From NCBI GenBank assembly GCA_964605095.1, contig CAZSBS010000003.1, positions 1 through 43,112 on the forward strand: 43,112 bases of DNA, given 5' to 3'. The position numbers were made by a program, and so were the translations under genes. The first letter of the stretch is position 1, and the number at the start of each line of letters is the position of its first letter. Origin of the DNA: an uncultured Planctomycetaceae bacterium. GTDB taxonomy: Bacteria > Planctomycetota > Phycisphaerae > SM23-33. The notes under the pieces were generated by a model that did not search any database, had not been told where the DNA came from, and saw only the letters and a list, made by a program, of their open reading frames with translations. Shown here one piece after another: positions 1 to 7,610 of the stretch.

Positions 1-71
1 GAGAATATCTCCAGGGCGCGGGACAGTTGCGTTGCGTCGCCGTGGGTGTCCGAGAGGATGCCGATTCTCAT
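1..71 (-). CDS. metallophosphoesterase (YfcE/MJ0936-like); only the N-terminal 23 codons are visible because the gene runs off the window
   Basis: The reverse strand from the ATG at 71..69 reads MRIGILSDTHGDATQLSRALEIF. ILSDTHG is the first metal-binding motif (D-x-H-G) of calcineurin-like phosphoesterases. The fragment is too short for more. Confidence 0.45.
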   Translation of the reverse strand, partial: MRIGILSDTHGDATQLSRALEIF

Positions 72-95
72 TTTGAGCTGCTCGCTTCGGGGGGC

Positions 96-848
96 TCACG
101 CCTTCCGGGCTTCGTCGTAGATTTCATCGGGCATGTCGAAGTTTGCGTAGACCTTCTGGACGTCGTCGTGATCCTCGAGGGCCTCCATGAGCTTGAGCAC
201 CTGTCGGGCATGGTCGCTCTCGACGCGAACAGTGTTATTGGGCACCATGGCGATCTCGGCCGAGACGGTCTGGATTTGCCTGGCCTCCAGTGCCTGCTTG
301 ACGGCTGAGTACGCGCTTGGATGGCAGGTGACCTCGATGATGTCGCGGTCGGCGACCACGTCGTCGGCGCCGGCCTCGATGGCGATATTCATGAGGGTCT
401 CCTCGTCGGCCTGGTCGGCGGCGATGACGAAGGTCCCCTTTTTCTCGAACATCCACGCGACACAGTTTGTGGAGCCGAGCTGTCCGCCGGCGCGTTCGAA
501 GAGCTTTCGCATTTCCGGCGCGGTGCGACTGCGATTGTCGGTAAGGCACTCGACGAGGAAGGCGACTCCGCCGGCGCCGTAGCCCTCGTAAGTCATTTCC
601 TCGTAGCTCTCGCCGGCCAGTTCGCCGGTGCCCTTCATGATCGCCTTCTTGATGGTGTCCTTGGGCATGTTGGCTGCCTTGGCATCGTCGATGGCGTATC
701 GCAGGGAGAGGTTTTCATCGGGGTTTCCGCCGCCGCACTTGGCGGCCACGATGATTCGCTTCGCCACCTTGCTCCAGTCCCGGCCGCGCTTGTTGTCGTT
801 AGCGGCCTTGGAGCGTCGGATGGTTGCCCAATGTGAATGTCCGGACAT
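96..848 (-). CDS. yebC: YebC/PmpR-family (TACO1-like) transcriptional/translational regulator
   Basis: 250-aa ORF. The N-terminus MSGHSHWATIRRSKAANDNKRG and the full-length pattern (TYEGYGAGGVAFLVECLTDNRSRT, DHDDVQKVYANF) are typical of the family. Confidence 0.93.
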   Translation of the reverse strand: MSGHSHWATIRRSKAANDNKRGRDWSKVAKRIIVAAKCGGGNPDENLSLRYAIDDAKAANMPKDTIKKAIMKGTGELAGESYEEMTYEGYGAGGVAFLVECLTDNRSRTAPEMRKLFERAGGQLGSTNCVAWMFEKKGTFVIAADQADEETLMNIAIEAGADDVVADRDIIEVTCHPSAYSAVKQALEARQIQTVSAEIAMVPNNTVRVESDHARQVLKLMEALEDHDDVQKVYANFDMPDEIYDEARKA

Positions 849-878
849 GGTCTCAATTCTCCGTCAGCGGTAAATCGC

Positions 879-3800
879 TCATTGGTCTAAGCCGGGGAAT
901 CGCCCCTCGCCAGGCGTTTCCTCGACCGCATCGTCCTCGTCGGGCATCGTCGAATCGCCCAGCGGCGAAACCTTCGGCTGGAGGCTCTTCCTGGCGGCAT
1001 CGATCTTCGCGGGCGTATTTTTCAGAAGCTCGCGGTCCTCGCGCATGGGGTTCTCGACCTTTCGCCCGAGTTCCAGTGCCCTGGCCCACAGTTCGATTGC
1101 CCTGTCGCGCCACCCGAGGCGCCAATAGGCGTCACCGGCGTGGTCGAAGATCACGCCGTGGCCGGCGTCGTCGGTGTTGCCTTGGGCGAGGAACCGCTGG
1201 AAGATTCGACCGGCCATTCTCAGCCGGCCCTGCTTGTAGAATACCCATGCGAGCGAGTCCGCGTAAGCGGTTTCCTGGGGCCTGACGGTCACGGCAAGGC
1301 GGAGCATTTTTTCGGCCTCGTCGAGCCGTTGGCCTCGCACGGCGAGTATGTATCCCATGTTGTTGTTGAGGCTGACAGCGGTTGGCTGGATCGCCAGTGC
1401 GGAAGCCATGGTCGTCATGGCCTCGTCGGACTTGCCCATCTCGCCGAGGATGGTGCTCTTGAGCGTCAGCAGATCGACGTCATTTGGATCGGCCTTGATC
1501 AGTTCATCTGAGAGCTTGAGGGCCTGGTCCAACTTCCCGGCCGCGAGCTTGATCTGCACGGACATGGTGGCCAGCCATTGCCACGGCGGGATTGACGCCT
1601 CGGCCATCTTGGCCGTCGGGACCGATACGGCGGGCGCGGACGCCGCCTTGGCGAAGAGCTTGTCCTTCTTCCACTGGCTCAGGAAGCGGTCGGCCTGGTC
1701 GAGCTGCTTGGCGTCGACCAGTTCGCCGATCATCAGCCTGCGCGGCTCGATGCTGTTTGGGAAGTCAGCAACCCACTTTTCGGTCAGCTTGCGGGCATCC
1801 TGTTTCCGCCCGGCCTCGTCCAGGGCAACCAGGTGAAGTTGGCGGCGGCCCCAGACGATCTTGTCGGCGCCCTGGGCCAGACTGTCGATTATCGCCAGGG
1901 CCTGGTCGTATCGGGCGCCGCTGACGTGGCCGGCGATTATGGATGCCACCGCCTCGGGAATACGCTTGCCCGCCTCGGCGTAGGCGGGGTCGGTGGTTGC
2001 CTTGGCCAACTGGAGGCCCGTGACGGCCTTGCGGAGGCCCGCCAGGTTGTCGGCGAAGGTCTGGTGCTCCTTGATGGACTGATCCAGCAGTTCGATGCTC
2101 TTGTCGTAGTCTTTGCGCCGCATTGCCGCCAGGCCCAGCACCAGGACGTCATCATTGAGCGGGTCGGTGGCGGAGTTCTTCCTGACCATCGCCATGGCCT
2201 CGTCATATTGCCCAGCCATGCCCAGCAGATCCAGGCGAACCAGCCGCAGGTGACGCAGGTAGCGATCGTCGGCGCTGGCCGCGATCATCGCATCCACGAT
2301 CCGCACGGCTTGGCTGTACTGCTTGTTGTCCTGCATGACTTGGAGCAACGTCTGGCGGTAGAGGGTCTGAAGGTTGTCATCCTGCGTCTGGGAGATCCAT
2401 TGCTCGGCGAGTTTGCGGGCCTGCTCGAACCGCCCGATTTTTCCGAGCATGTATATCTGGCGGGGCCGACCCCAGGAGTCTTCCTGCCTGTTCGGGGTGG
2501 CCAGGAACTTCTCGACGGTCGAAAGGGCCGCCGCCGGCTGGTTGGCGTCAATCAGGGCGTCGAAGCAGCGCTGCGCCAGGTCCAGGTCGCCCGGAGTCTC
2601 GTCCAGCAGCGTGCCGTATATGGCCGCGGCCTCGGCCGTCTTGCCGACAGCCGCCAGAAGGTCGGCAAGCGCCTTTCGGGCGGGGCGGTTGGTTGGTTGC
2701 GACTGGATGAGGCGGTTGAGTTTTTCGGCCGCGTCGTCGAAGTCCTTCTTGCTGACGATTCCCGGCACGGGCCCCAGCAGCGCGCGGACGGACAGGGCCA
2801 GGACGTCGGTGTCCTGCGGCGCGAGGCTGGAAAGCTGGTTCAGAAGGGTCATCGCCTCCTTGCGCCGCCCGGCGTGCAGTGCCAGTTCGGCCTGCATGAG
2901 GCGGGTCTGGAAGTTGTCCGGGTATCGCTGCTGAAGTTGTGCGAGCAGTTGCCCGGCTTCTTTGAAGAGGCGGTTGGCGACGTAGAGGTCGAAGAGCTTT
3001 CGTGCGGCGGGGTCGCTGTCGGGTTGCTCCCTCAGTGCATTGAGGAGTGTCTGGATCGCCTCTCGCTTCCGCCCGGTGGCGGCGTAGGCATCGGCCAGCA
3101 GCACCACCACGGTCAGGTCGTCCTTCTTGAGGCGGCAGGCCTCCTGGAGCGGCCCGATGGCGTCGGCTGCCTTACCGCGGCTCAGCGCGACCTTCCCGCG
3201 AAGGTAATAGGGCAGGTAGGTGTCCTTGGCGACGGTGCTCATGCGGTCCAGGAGCCTGTCGGCGAGGTCGTCGCGTTTCTGAGCGAGGTATGACTCCAGC
3301 AGGGCCTCGTATGCGGGGTAGAAGTCTGGCTGTTTCTCGGTCGCCCGCTGGTAGAGGTCGGCGGCCAGGAGGTTCTTGCCCTTGGCGGCGGCGAACCTGC
3401 CGGCCAGGTAGAGCAGGGCGAACTGGTTCTTCGAGTCGCTCTTGCGGGCCAGTTCAGCCAGGTTGCGTTCTACGCCTGGGGAGTCCGTCGCGGCGGCGAT
3501 GTCGGTCATGCTCTCGCCCATCGCCTCGACGCTGGCCGGGTCGCCCGCGAGGCTCTTATCCATCAGGGCCAGCAACTGCTCGTACTGGGCTCGCCGGGCG
3601 TAGTTGCTTCCCAGGATCCGCCAGAGGTCGGCGTTGTTGGGCTGGACCGTCGCCACCGACTGTAGGATGGTCATGGCCTCGTCGGTCCAACCGAGCTGCT
3701 GGGCCGTGCGGGCCAGTGAGATGGCGATGTCGGCGTCCTGCTTGTGGCGCTGGGCAACAGCCTGCCAGAACCGCACGGGCAACTTGCGGTCCTTGCTCTG

Positions 3801-4775
3801 GCGGCACAGCGAGCTGAGCATTTGCGGCAGGTTGCCCCGCTGGCTGGGCAGCTCGACCATGTCCAGCAGCATCGCCTCGACCTTGTCGTACTGCTTCTGG
3901 CCCAGCAGGGCGTCGGCGAGCAGGCTGGCTGTCCGCCCACTGGTGCGGTCGCGCCGGTAGGCACGTTCCAGAAGCGTTATCGCCTCGGGCGTCCGCCTCA
4001 GCAGAAGCAGCAGCGCGCCCTGGCGGCTCAGAAGGCGCTCGGGGCGCAGAACCCATTCCAGCAGGGTGGCGCGGTCGGCGTAGTCGCGCCCGTTCTGCTC
4101 GACCCACTTGGCGAACCTGGCGTAGCCTTCCATCGCGGCCGACCAGTAGGCCTCGCGGTCCAGCAGCAGCGACAGCGTGAGAAGTGCTTCGGCGGCGCGG
4201 GGGTTTTGGGATCCGGCCTGTGAGCAGAGCAGGGCGGTGCGAATGTGCTCGATGGCCTGGTCGTTCTGCTGCTGGGCGGCGGCGAGTTGGCCGAGCATGA
4301 GGTGCGATTCGAGGTCGTCGCCCGCGGCCTTGACAGCCGACTGAAGACTCGCCTCCGCCTTGCCGCGGTTTGGCAGGGACATGTACGCCTGCCCCAGCAG
4401 CCGGAGTATCCGGGCGTTGCCGGGCGCGAAGGACACAGCCCGTTCCAGCAGGGTGACGGCCTTGTCGAAGCTCCGCTGGGCGATGAGGGCCTCGGCCTGG
4501 GCGACCTCGTCGCGGACCCTCTCGGGCAGCGGCTGATCCTCGGGCTTGCCCTTGGGCGGCTCGATCTTGGGCGTAAGCTCGTCGAGGCCCAGCATGGCTC
4601 GGGCGGGGATCGGCCCGGGCGCCGGCTGGGTGATCCGCGGTGAGGAATCTCGATCCGCCTGCGCAGCAGCCGGGGCGGGCGCCAGTTCGGCCTGTTGGCT
4701 GCCGCAGCCAAGAGCCAGCATCATTGATGCCGCCAACGCAATGGCTGGCCTTGATCGCGTGATGTGGATAGCCAT
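879..4775 (-). CDS. giant TPR-repeat lipoprotein (~1298 aa)
   Basis: The track ORF runs to 5234. Its first 153 codons are R/G-rich and overlap hisG in another frame. The internal ATG at 4775..4773 lies 17 nt after the hisG stop. It gives MAIHITRSRPAIALAASMMLALGC, a signal peptide with lipobox L-A-L-G-C. The rest is continuous TPR-like helical repeats. Confidence 0.8.
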   Translation of the reverse strand: MAIHITRSRPAIALAASMMLALGCGSQQAELAPAPAAAQADRDSSPRITQPAPGPIPARAMLGLDELTPKIEPPKGKPEDQPLPERVRDEVAQAEALIAQRSFDKAVTLLERAVSFAPGNARILRLLGQAYMSLPNRGKAEASLQSAVKAAGDDLESHLMLGQLAAAQQQNDQAIEHIRTALLCSQAGSQNPRAAEALLTLSLLLDREAYWSAAMEGYARFAKWVEQNGRDYADRATLLEWVLRPERLLSRQGALLLLLRRTPEAITLLERAYRRDRTSGRTASLLADALLGQKQYDKVEAMLLDMVELPSQRGNLPQMLSSLCRQSKDRKLPVRFWQAVAQRHKQDADIAISLARTAQQLGWTDEAMTILQSVATVQPNNADLWRILGSNYARRAQYEQLLALMDKSLAGDPASVEAMGESMTDIAAATDSPGVERNLAELARKSDSKNQFALLYLAGRFAAAKGKNLLAADLYQRATEKQPDFYPAYEALLESYLAQKRDDLADRLLDRMSTVAKDTYLPYYLRGKVALSRGKAADAIGPLQEACRLKKDDLTVVVLLADAYAATGRKREAIQTLLNALREQPDSDPAARKLFDLYVANRLFKEAGQLLAQLQQRYPDNFQTRLMQAELALHAGRRKEAMTLLNQLSSLAPQDTDVLALSVRALLGPVPGIVSKKDFDDAAEKLNRLIQSQPTNRPARKALADLLAAVGKTAEAAAIYGTLLDETPGDLDLAQRCFDALIDANQPAAALSTVEKFLATPNRQEDSWGRPRQIYMLGKIGRFEQARKLAEQWISQTQDDNLQTLYRQTLLQVMQDNKQYSQAVRIVDAMIAASADDRYLRHLRLVRLDLLGMAGQYDEAMAMVRKNSATDPLNDDVLVLGLAAMRRKDYDKSIELLDQSIKEHQTFADNLAGLRKAVTGLQLAKATTDPAYAEAGKRIPEAVASIIAGHVSGARYDQALAIIDSLAQGADKIVWGRRQLHLVALDEAGRKQDARKLTEKWVADFPNSIEPRRLMIGELVDAKQLDQADRFLSQWKKDKLFAKAASAPAVSVPTAKMAEASIPPWQWLATMSVQIKLAAGKLDQALKLSDELIKADPNDVDLLTLKSTILGEMGKSDEAMTTMASALAIQPTAVSLNNNMGYILAVRGQRLDEAEKMLRLAVTVRPQETAYADSLAWVFYKQGRLRMAGRIFQRFLAQGNTDDAGHGVIFDHAGDAYWRLGWRDRAIELWARALELGRKVENPMREDRELLKNTPAKIDAARKSLQPKVSPLGDSTMPDEDDAVEETPGEGRFPGLDQ

Positions 4776-4792
4776 GGGAATCTTGCCGCCTG

Positions 4793-5674
4793 CTATGGGA
4801 TTACCTTGTTGAGTGGGTACGTGATTATCCCCGTGGCGCCGGCCCGTTTGAGCCGTGGCACCAACTCGCGTTCCACTTTCTCCTCGACCACGACCTCCAC
4901 CGCGACCCAGTCCGGATCGCGCAGGTCGGAGACGGTGGGCGACTTTTCGGCCGGGAGAATGGCTGTGATGGCCTCCAGCATGCTGCGCGGCACGTTCATC
5001 TTGAGCCCGACTTTCTCGCGGGCGTCGATGGCGCCCTTGAGCAGCAGGGCCATGTTCTCGATCTTCTGGCGCTTCCAGTCGATTGCCATAGCCTTGTGAT
5101 TGGCGATGAATCGCGTCGAGCTTGTCAGCAGCGTATCGACGATGCGGAGCTTGTTGGCTTTGAGGCTCGAGCCTGTCTCGGTCACGTCGACAATGGCGTC
5201 TATCAGGCGGGCCTTTACCTCCGTTGCGCCCCAACTGAACTCGACCTTCACCTTGACGCCCTTGCCCTGGAAGTACTTGCGGGTGGCGTTGACCAGCTCG
5301 GTGGCGACGATGCCGCCGTCGAGCTGCTCGGGCTTCGTGACGGGGCTTTCCTCCGGCACGGCCAGGACCCAGCGCACGGGGCGAAGGTTCTGTTTGGCGT
5401 AGACCAACTCGGCGACTTCGACGACGTCCGAGCCGTTCTCGCAGATCCAGTCGTAGCCGGTCAGGCCGGCGTCTATGACGCCGTCCTCGACGTAGCGGCT
5501 CATCTCCTGGGCGCGGAACATTATCACCGAGATCTGGTCGTCGTCGATGGTGGGAAAGTAGCTTCGCGAGGATATGTTTATGTTGTAGCCCGCTCGCTGG
5601 AAGAGGTCCAGCGTGCTGTCCTGAAGCGAGCCCTTGGGGATTCCGAGCACCAGTTTGTCTTGTGGTTTTTCCAT
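4793..5674 (-). CDS. hisG: ATP phosphoribosyltransferase, long form with C-terminal regulatory domain
   Basis: 293 aa. Motifs [46 protein letters not shown] and the C-terminal ACT-like tail are typical of long-form HisG. Confidence 0.93.
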   Translation of the reverse strand: MEKPQDKLVLGIPKGSLQDSTLDLFQRAGYNINISSRSYFPTIDDDQISVIMFRAQEMSRYVEDGVIDAGLTGYDWICENGSDVVEVAELVYAKQNLRPVRWVLAVPEESPVTKPEQLDGGIVATELVNATRKYFQGKGVKVKVEFSWGATEVKARLIDAIVDVTETGSSLKANKLRIVDTLLTSSTRFIANHKAMAIDWKRQKIENMALLLKGAIDAREKVGLKMNVPRSMLEAITAILPAEKSPTVSDLRDPDWVAVEVVVEEKVERELVPRLKRAGATGIITYPLNKVIP

Positions 5675-5804
5675 GTTTGTTTTGTTGAAAACTGCCGAAA
5701 AATTGTCAAAAAAAGGCCAAACCCCGTAAAAACTCTATAAAAAGGGGTCTTTCAATTCCCTGGCGCCCGTTGTGGTCCGCAGTTCGCGGTCGAGGTGCCG
5801 GGTG

Positions 5805-6716
5805 TCACTTCTTCCTGGTGCCGCGGGCGGCCCTGGCGGCTTTTCCGCCGGCCTTTGCCTTTGCCGGGGCCGGGGCGCCGCCAGCGGGCTTGCCGGTGCT
5901 CTTGGCCGATGTCCTTACAGTGGCACGCTTGCGCGCCTTGCGTGCCGGTGTCTGGGCCGGGTTCGAGGCGGTCTGCTTGCCGGCCTTGGCAGGCGGGGCC
6001 TTGGCGGCGGCTTGTTTGGCGGCCAGTTCAGCCTTGGCTTTGGCCTCCTCGGCGGCTTCGGCTTTGGCGACCTGGGCTTCCACCTTGGCGGTGTCGCTCT
6101 TTCGTTTCTTGGCCAGCATCTTGGCGTTCTTGGCGACATAGTCGCGGAAAAACTCGTGGGTGCTCCATGCCTGCTTCTGGAGGATTATGCGTTCCAGGAA
6201 GGCCTGGACATCCTCGACGCTGCTGCCCGGCTCGATGTGGCCGTCGGCCTCGAGGCAGTCGACGAGTCCCTGGTCGACCGGTACGGCGTGTCCGCCGAAG
6301 ACCTGCAACATCATCACCCCGGCGGCATATGGGCTCAGGCCAAGCTCGCCGAGGTGGCGTCGCGCGTCACGTTTGGACATTTTCTCGACGTAATCCAGCA
6401 CGAGGCTGTTGCGGCGGTTGAAGATCGCGTTGAGGGCCGTGGTGATTTCCTCGGCCTTTCGGCGGGCGTCGGGGAAGTCGCGTCCGAGAGTGTCGACCAC
6501 ATCCTTGACCGGCGCGACGCGGAGTTCGTTGAAGTCCACGAACTCGTTTTTCAAGGTCTCCATGGCCTTGGCGGACTGTATGGGCGCGTCGGCTTCCAGG
6601 ACGGCGTCGATTATCGCGCGGATAGGATCGGCATTCGCCGGCGGGATGGCGGCGGACTTGCCGACGCCGGAAAGGAACTTCTTGATATTCTTCTGGTGCT
6701 TGGTTGCGTTCTTCAT
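5805..6716 (-). CDS. HhH-GPD (endonuclease III-like) fold protein with a Lys/Ala-rich histone-H1-like C-terminal tail
   Basis: 303 aa. The N-terminal ~200 aa follow the EndoIII layout, with the helix-hairpin-helix at LGELGLSPYAAGVMMLQVFGGHAVPVDQG. The last ~100 aa are AKKRKSDTAKVEAQVAKAEAAEEAKAKAELAAKQAAAKAPPAKAGK...KAKAGGKAARAARGTRKK. The start overlaps the rbfA stop (ATGA at 6713-6716). Confidence 0.7.
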   Translation of the reverse strand: MKNATKHQKNIKKFLSGVGKSAAIPPANADPIRAIIDAVLEADAPIQSAKAMETLKNEFVDFNELRVAPVKDVVDTLGRDFPDARRKAEEITTALNAIFNRRNSLVLDYVEKMSKRDARRHLGELGLSPYAAGVMMLQVFGGHAVPVDQGLVDCLEADGHIEPGSSVEDVQAFLERIILQKQAWSTHEFFRDYVAKNAKMLAKKRKSDTAKVEAQVAKAEAAEEAKAKAELAAKQAAAKAPPAKAGKQTASNPAQTPARKARKRATVRTSAKSTGKPAGGAPAPAKAKAGGKAARAARGTRKK

Positions 6717-7186
6717 GACCGCTGGTCCTGGTTGGTACTGCCGGTCGGGGGCGTTTGTTCGCTCTGCTCGGCCGGGGTTTGGCCCTCGTCCTGCCCGGCC
6801 TCGCTGGCGGCCTGAAGGCGGGCCTCGTCTTTTTGCTGAATCTCGTCGGCCACTCGTTGAATGATATCCAACGTATCGAGGGTCTTCTTGAACTCGGTGT
6901 CCATCAGGAAGCTCAGCACCGGTGTTGCGCGAAGCGACATCTGTCGTGCCATCAGTTCCTGGATGTGCCCTGAGGCGTGTCGCAGGGCCTGGAGAGTGCG
7001 GTTTTGCCGGCCTTCGGTGCCCATGACCGAGATGTATACCTTGGCGGTCAGAAGGCCCTCGGCGACTTCCACTCGCGTCACCGAGGTTAGCGCGCGGTCG
7101 ATCCGCGGGTCGGAAAGCTTCGTCAGAAGCAGTTCCCCCATTATCTGGCGCATGAGAGCGGCAATTCGTTGTGTTCTACGATTCAT
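6713..7186 (-). CDS. rbfA: ribosome-binding factor A
   Basis: 157 aa. RIAALMRQIMGELLLTKLSDPRI...VTRVEVAEGLLTAKVYISV is the RbfA KH-like core. The gene sits in the canonical position after infB. Confidence 0.9.
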   Translation of the reverse strand: MNRRTQRIAALMRQIMGELLLTKLSDPRIDRALTSVTRVEVAEGLLTAKVYISVMGTEGRQNRTLQALRHASGHIQELMARQMSLRATPVLSFLMDTEFKKTLDTLDIIQRVADEIQQKDEARLQAASEAGQDEGQTPAEQSEQTPPTGSTNQDQRS

Positions 7187-7187
7187 C

Positions 7188-7475
7188 TCAAAACCACTCG
7201 ACCTCGCTGGCAGCCAGGATCATGTCCCTATTGCCCGCCGCGGCGTTGACGATCTGCTGCAGCGCCCCGGCCAGGTAAGCCTGGTCGCCGCCCACGGCGG
7301 CAACCGCCAGAACGGCCCGCTGGCGGCTGTCCAGCGCACCGACCTCGGCGATTGACACGTTGAACCGCGCGGCTACGCGATCCTTGAAGCTCTTGACCAG
7401 TCTTCTCTTGTCTTTAAGGCTCGCCGCCTGGAGGATGTGAAACTCCAGATGCAGCAGGCCCAGGCTCGTTTTCAT
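7188..7475 (-). CDS. DUF503 (YlxP-like) protein
   Basis: 95 aa. LLHLEFHILQAASLKDKRRLVKSFKDRVAARFNVSIAEVG matches the DUF503 pattern. Its position between infB and rbfA is conserved in many bacteria. Confidence 0.85.
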   Translation of the reverse strand: MKTSLGLLHLEFHILQAASLKDKRRLVKSFKDRVAARFNVSIAEVGALDSRQRAVLAVAAVGGDQAYLAGALQQIVNAAAGNRDMILAASEVEWF

Positions 7476-7479
7476 TGTC

Positions 7480-7532
7480 CAGATTTCAGATTTCAGATTT
7501 CAGATTTCAGATTTCAGATTCCAGATTGCAGA
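7480..7532. repeat. tandem heptamer (CAGATTT) x ~7.5
   Basis: Five perfect copies at 7480-7514 are followed by CAGATTC, CAGATTG and CAGA. The array lies in the 135-nt infB-DUF503 spacer. Confidence 0.95.
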
Positions 7533-7550
7533 CGCCCAGCCATGTTATGT

Positions 7551-7589
7551 CCGCGCCTGAAGTCCGCGCCTGAAGTCCGCGCCTGAAGC
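7551..7589. repeat. tandem 13-mer (CCGCGCCTGAAGT) x 3
   Basis: Copies lie at 7551-7563, 7564-7576 and 7577-7589 (last base C). They are followed by the related words CTGTAGCCTGAAAC. Confidence 0.95.
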
Positions 7590-7610
7590 CTGTAGCCTGA
7601 AACTCTTCTC

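Noticed and set aside
1833-3293. 486-aa plus-strand ORF (with 1140..1511, 1348..1836, 2374..2934, 3290..3817 and others) opposite the TPR lipoprotein gene
   Set aside because: These are antisense shadow ORFs typical of GC-rich DNA. Their composition is Gly/Arg/Leu/Val-rich with no motifs, and they are fully contained in a well-supported minus-strand gene.
4776-5234. N-terminal 153 codons of the 1451-aa track ORF
   Set aside because: They overlap hisG in another frame and are Arg/Gly/His-rich junk. An internal ATG at 4775 gives a clean signal peptide and lipobox directly after the hisG stop.
5675-5804. Promoter or terminator in the AT-rich spacer upstream of hisG (TTGACA at 5709..5704; ACCCC..GGGGT hairpin followed by T7)
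   Set aside because: The -10 candidates are poor (AACAAA). The hairpin has a 5-bp stem with an ~18-nt loop. Signals probably exist here, but I cannot place them reliably.
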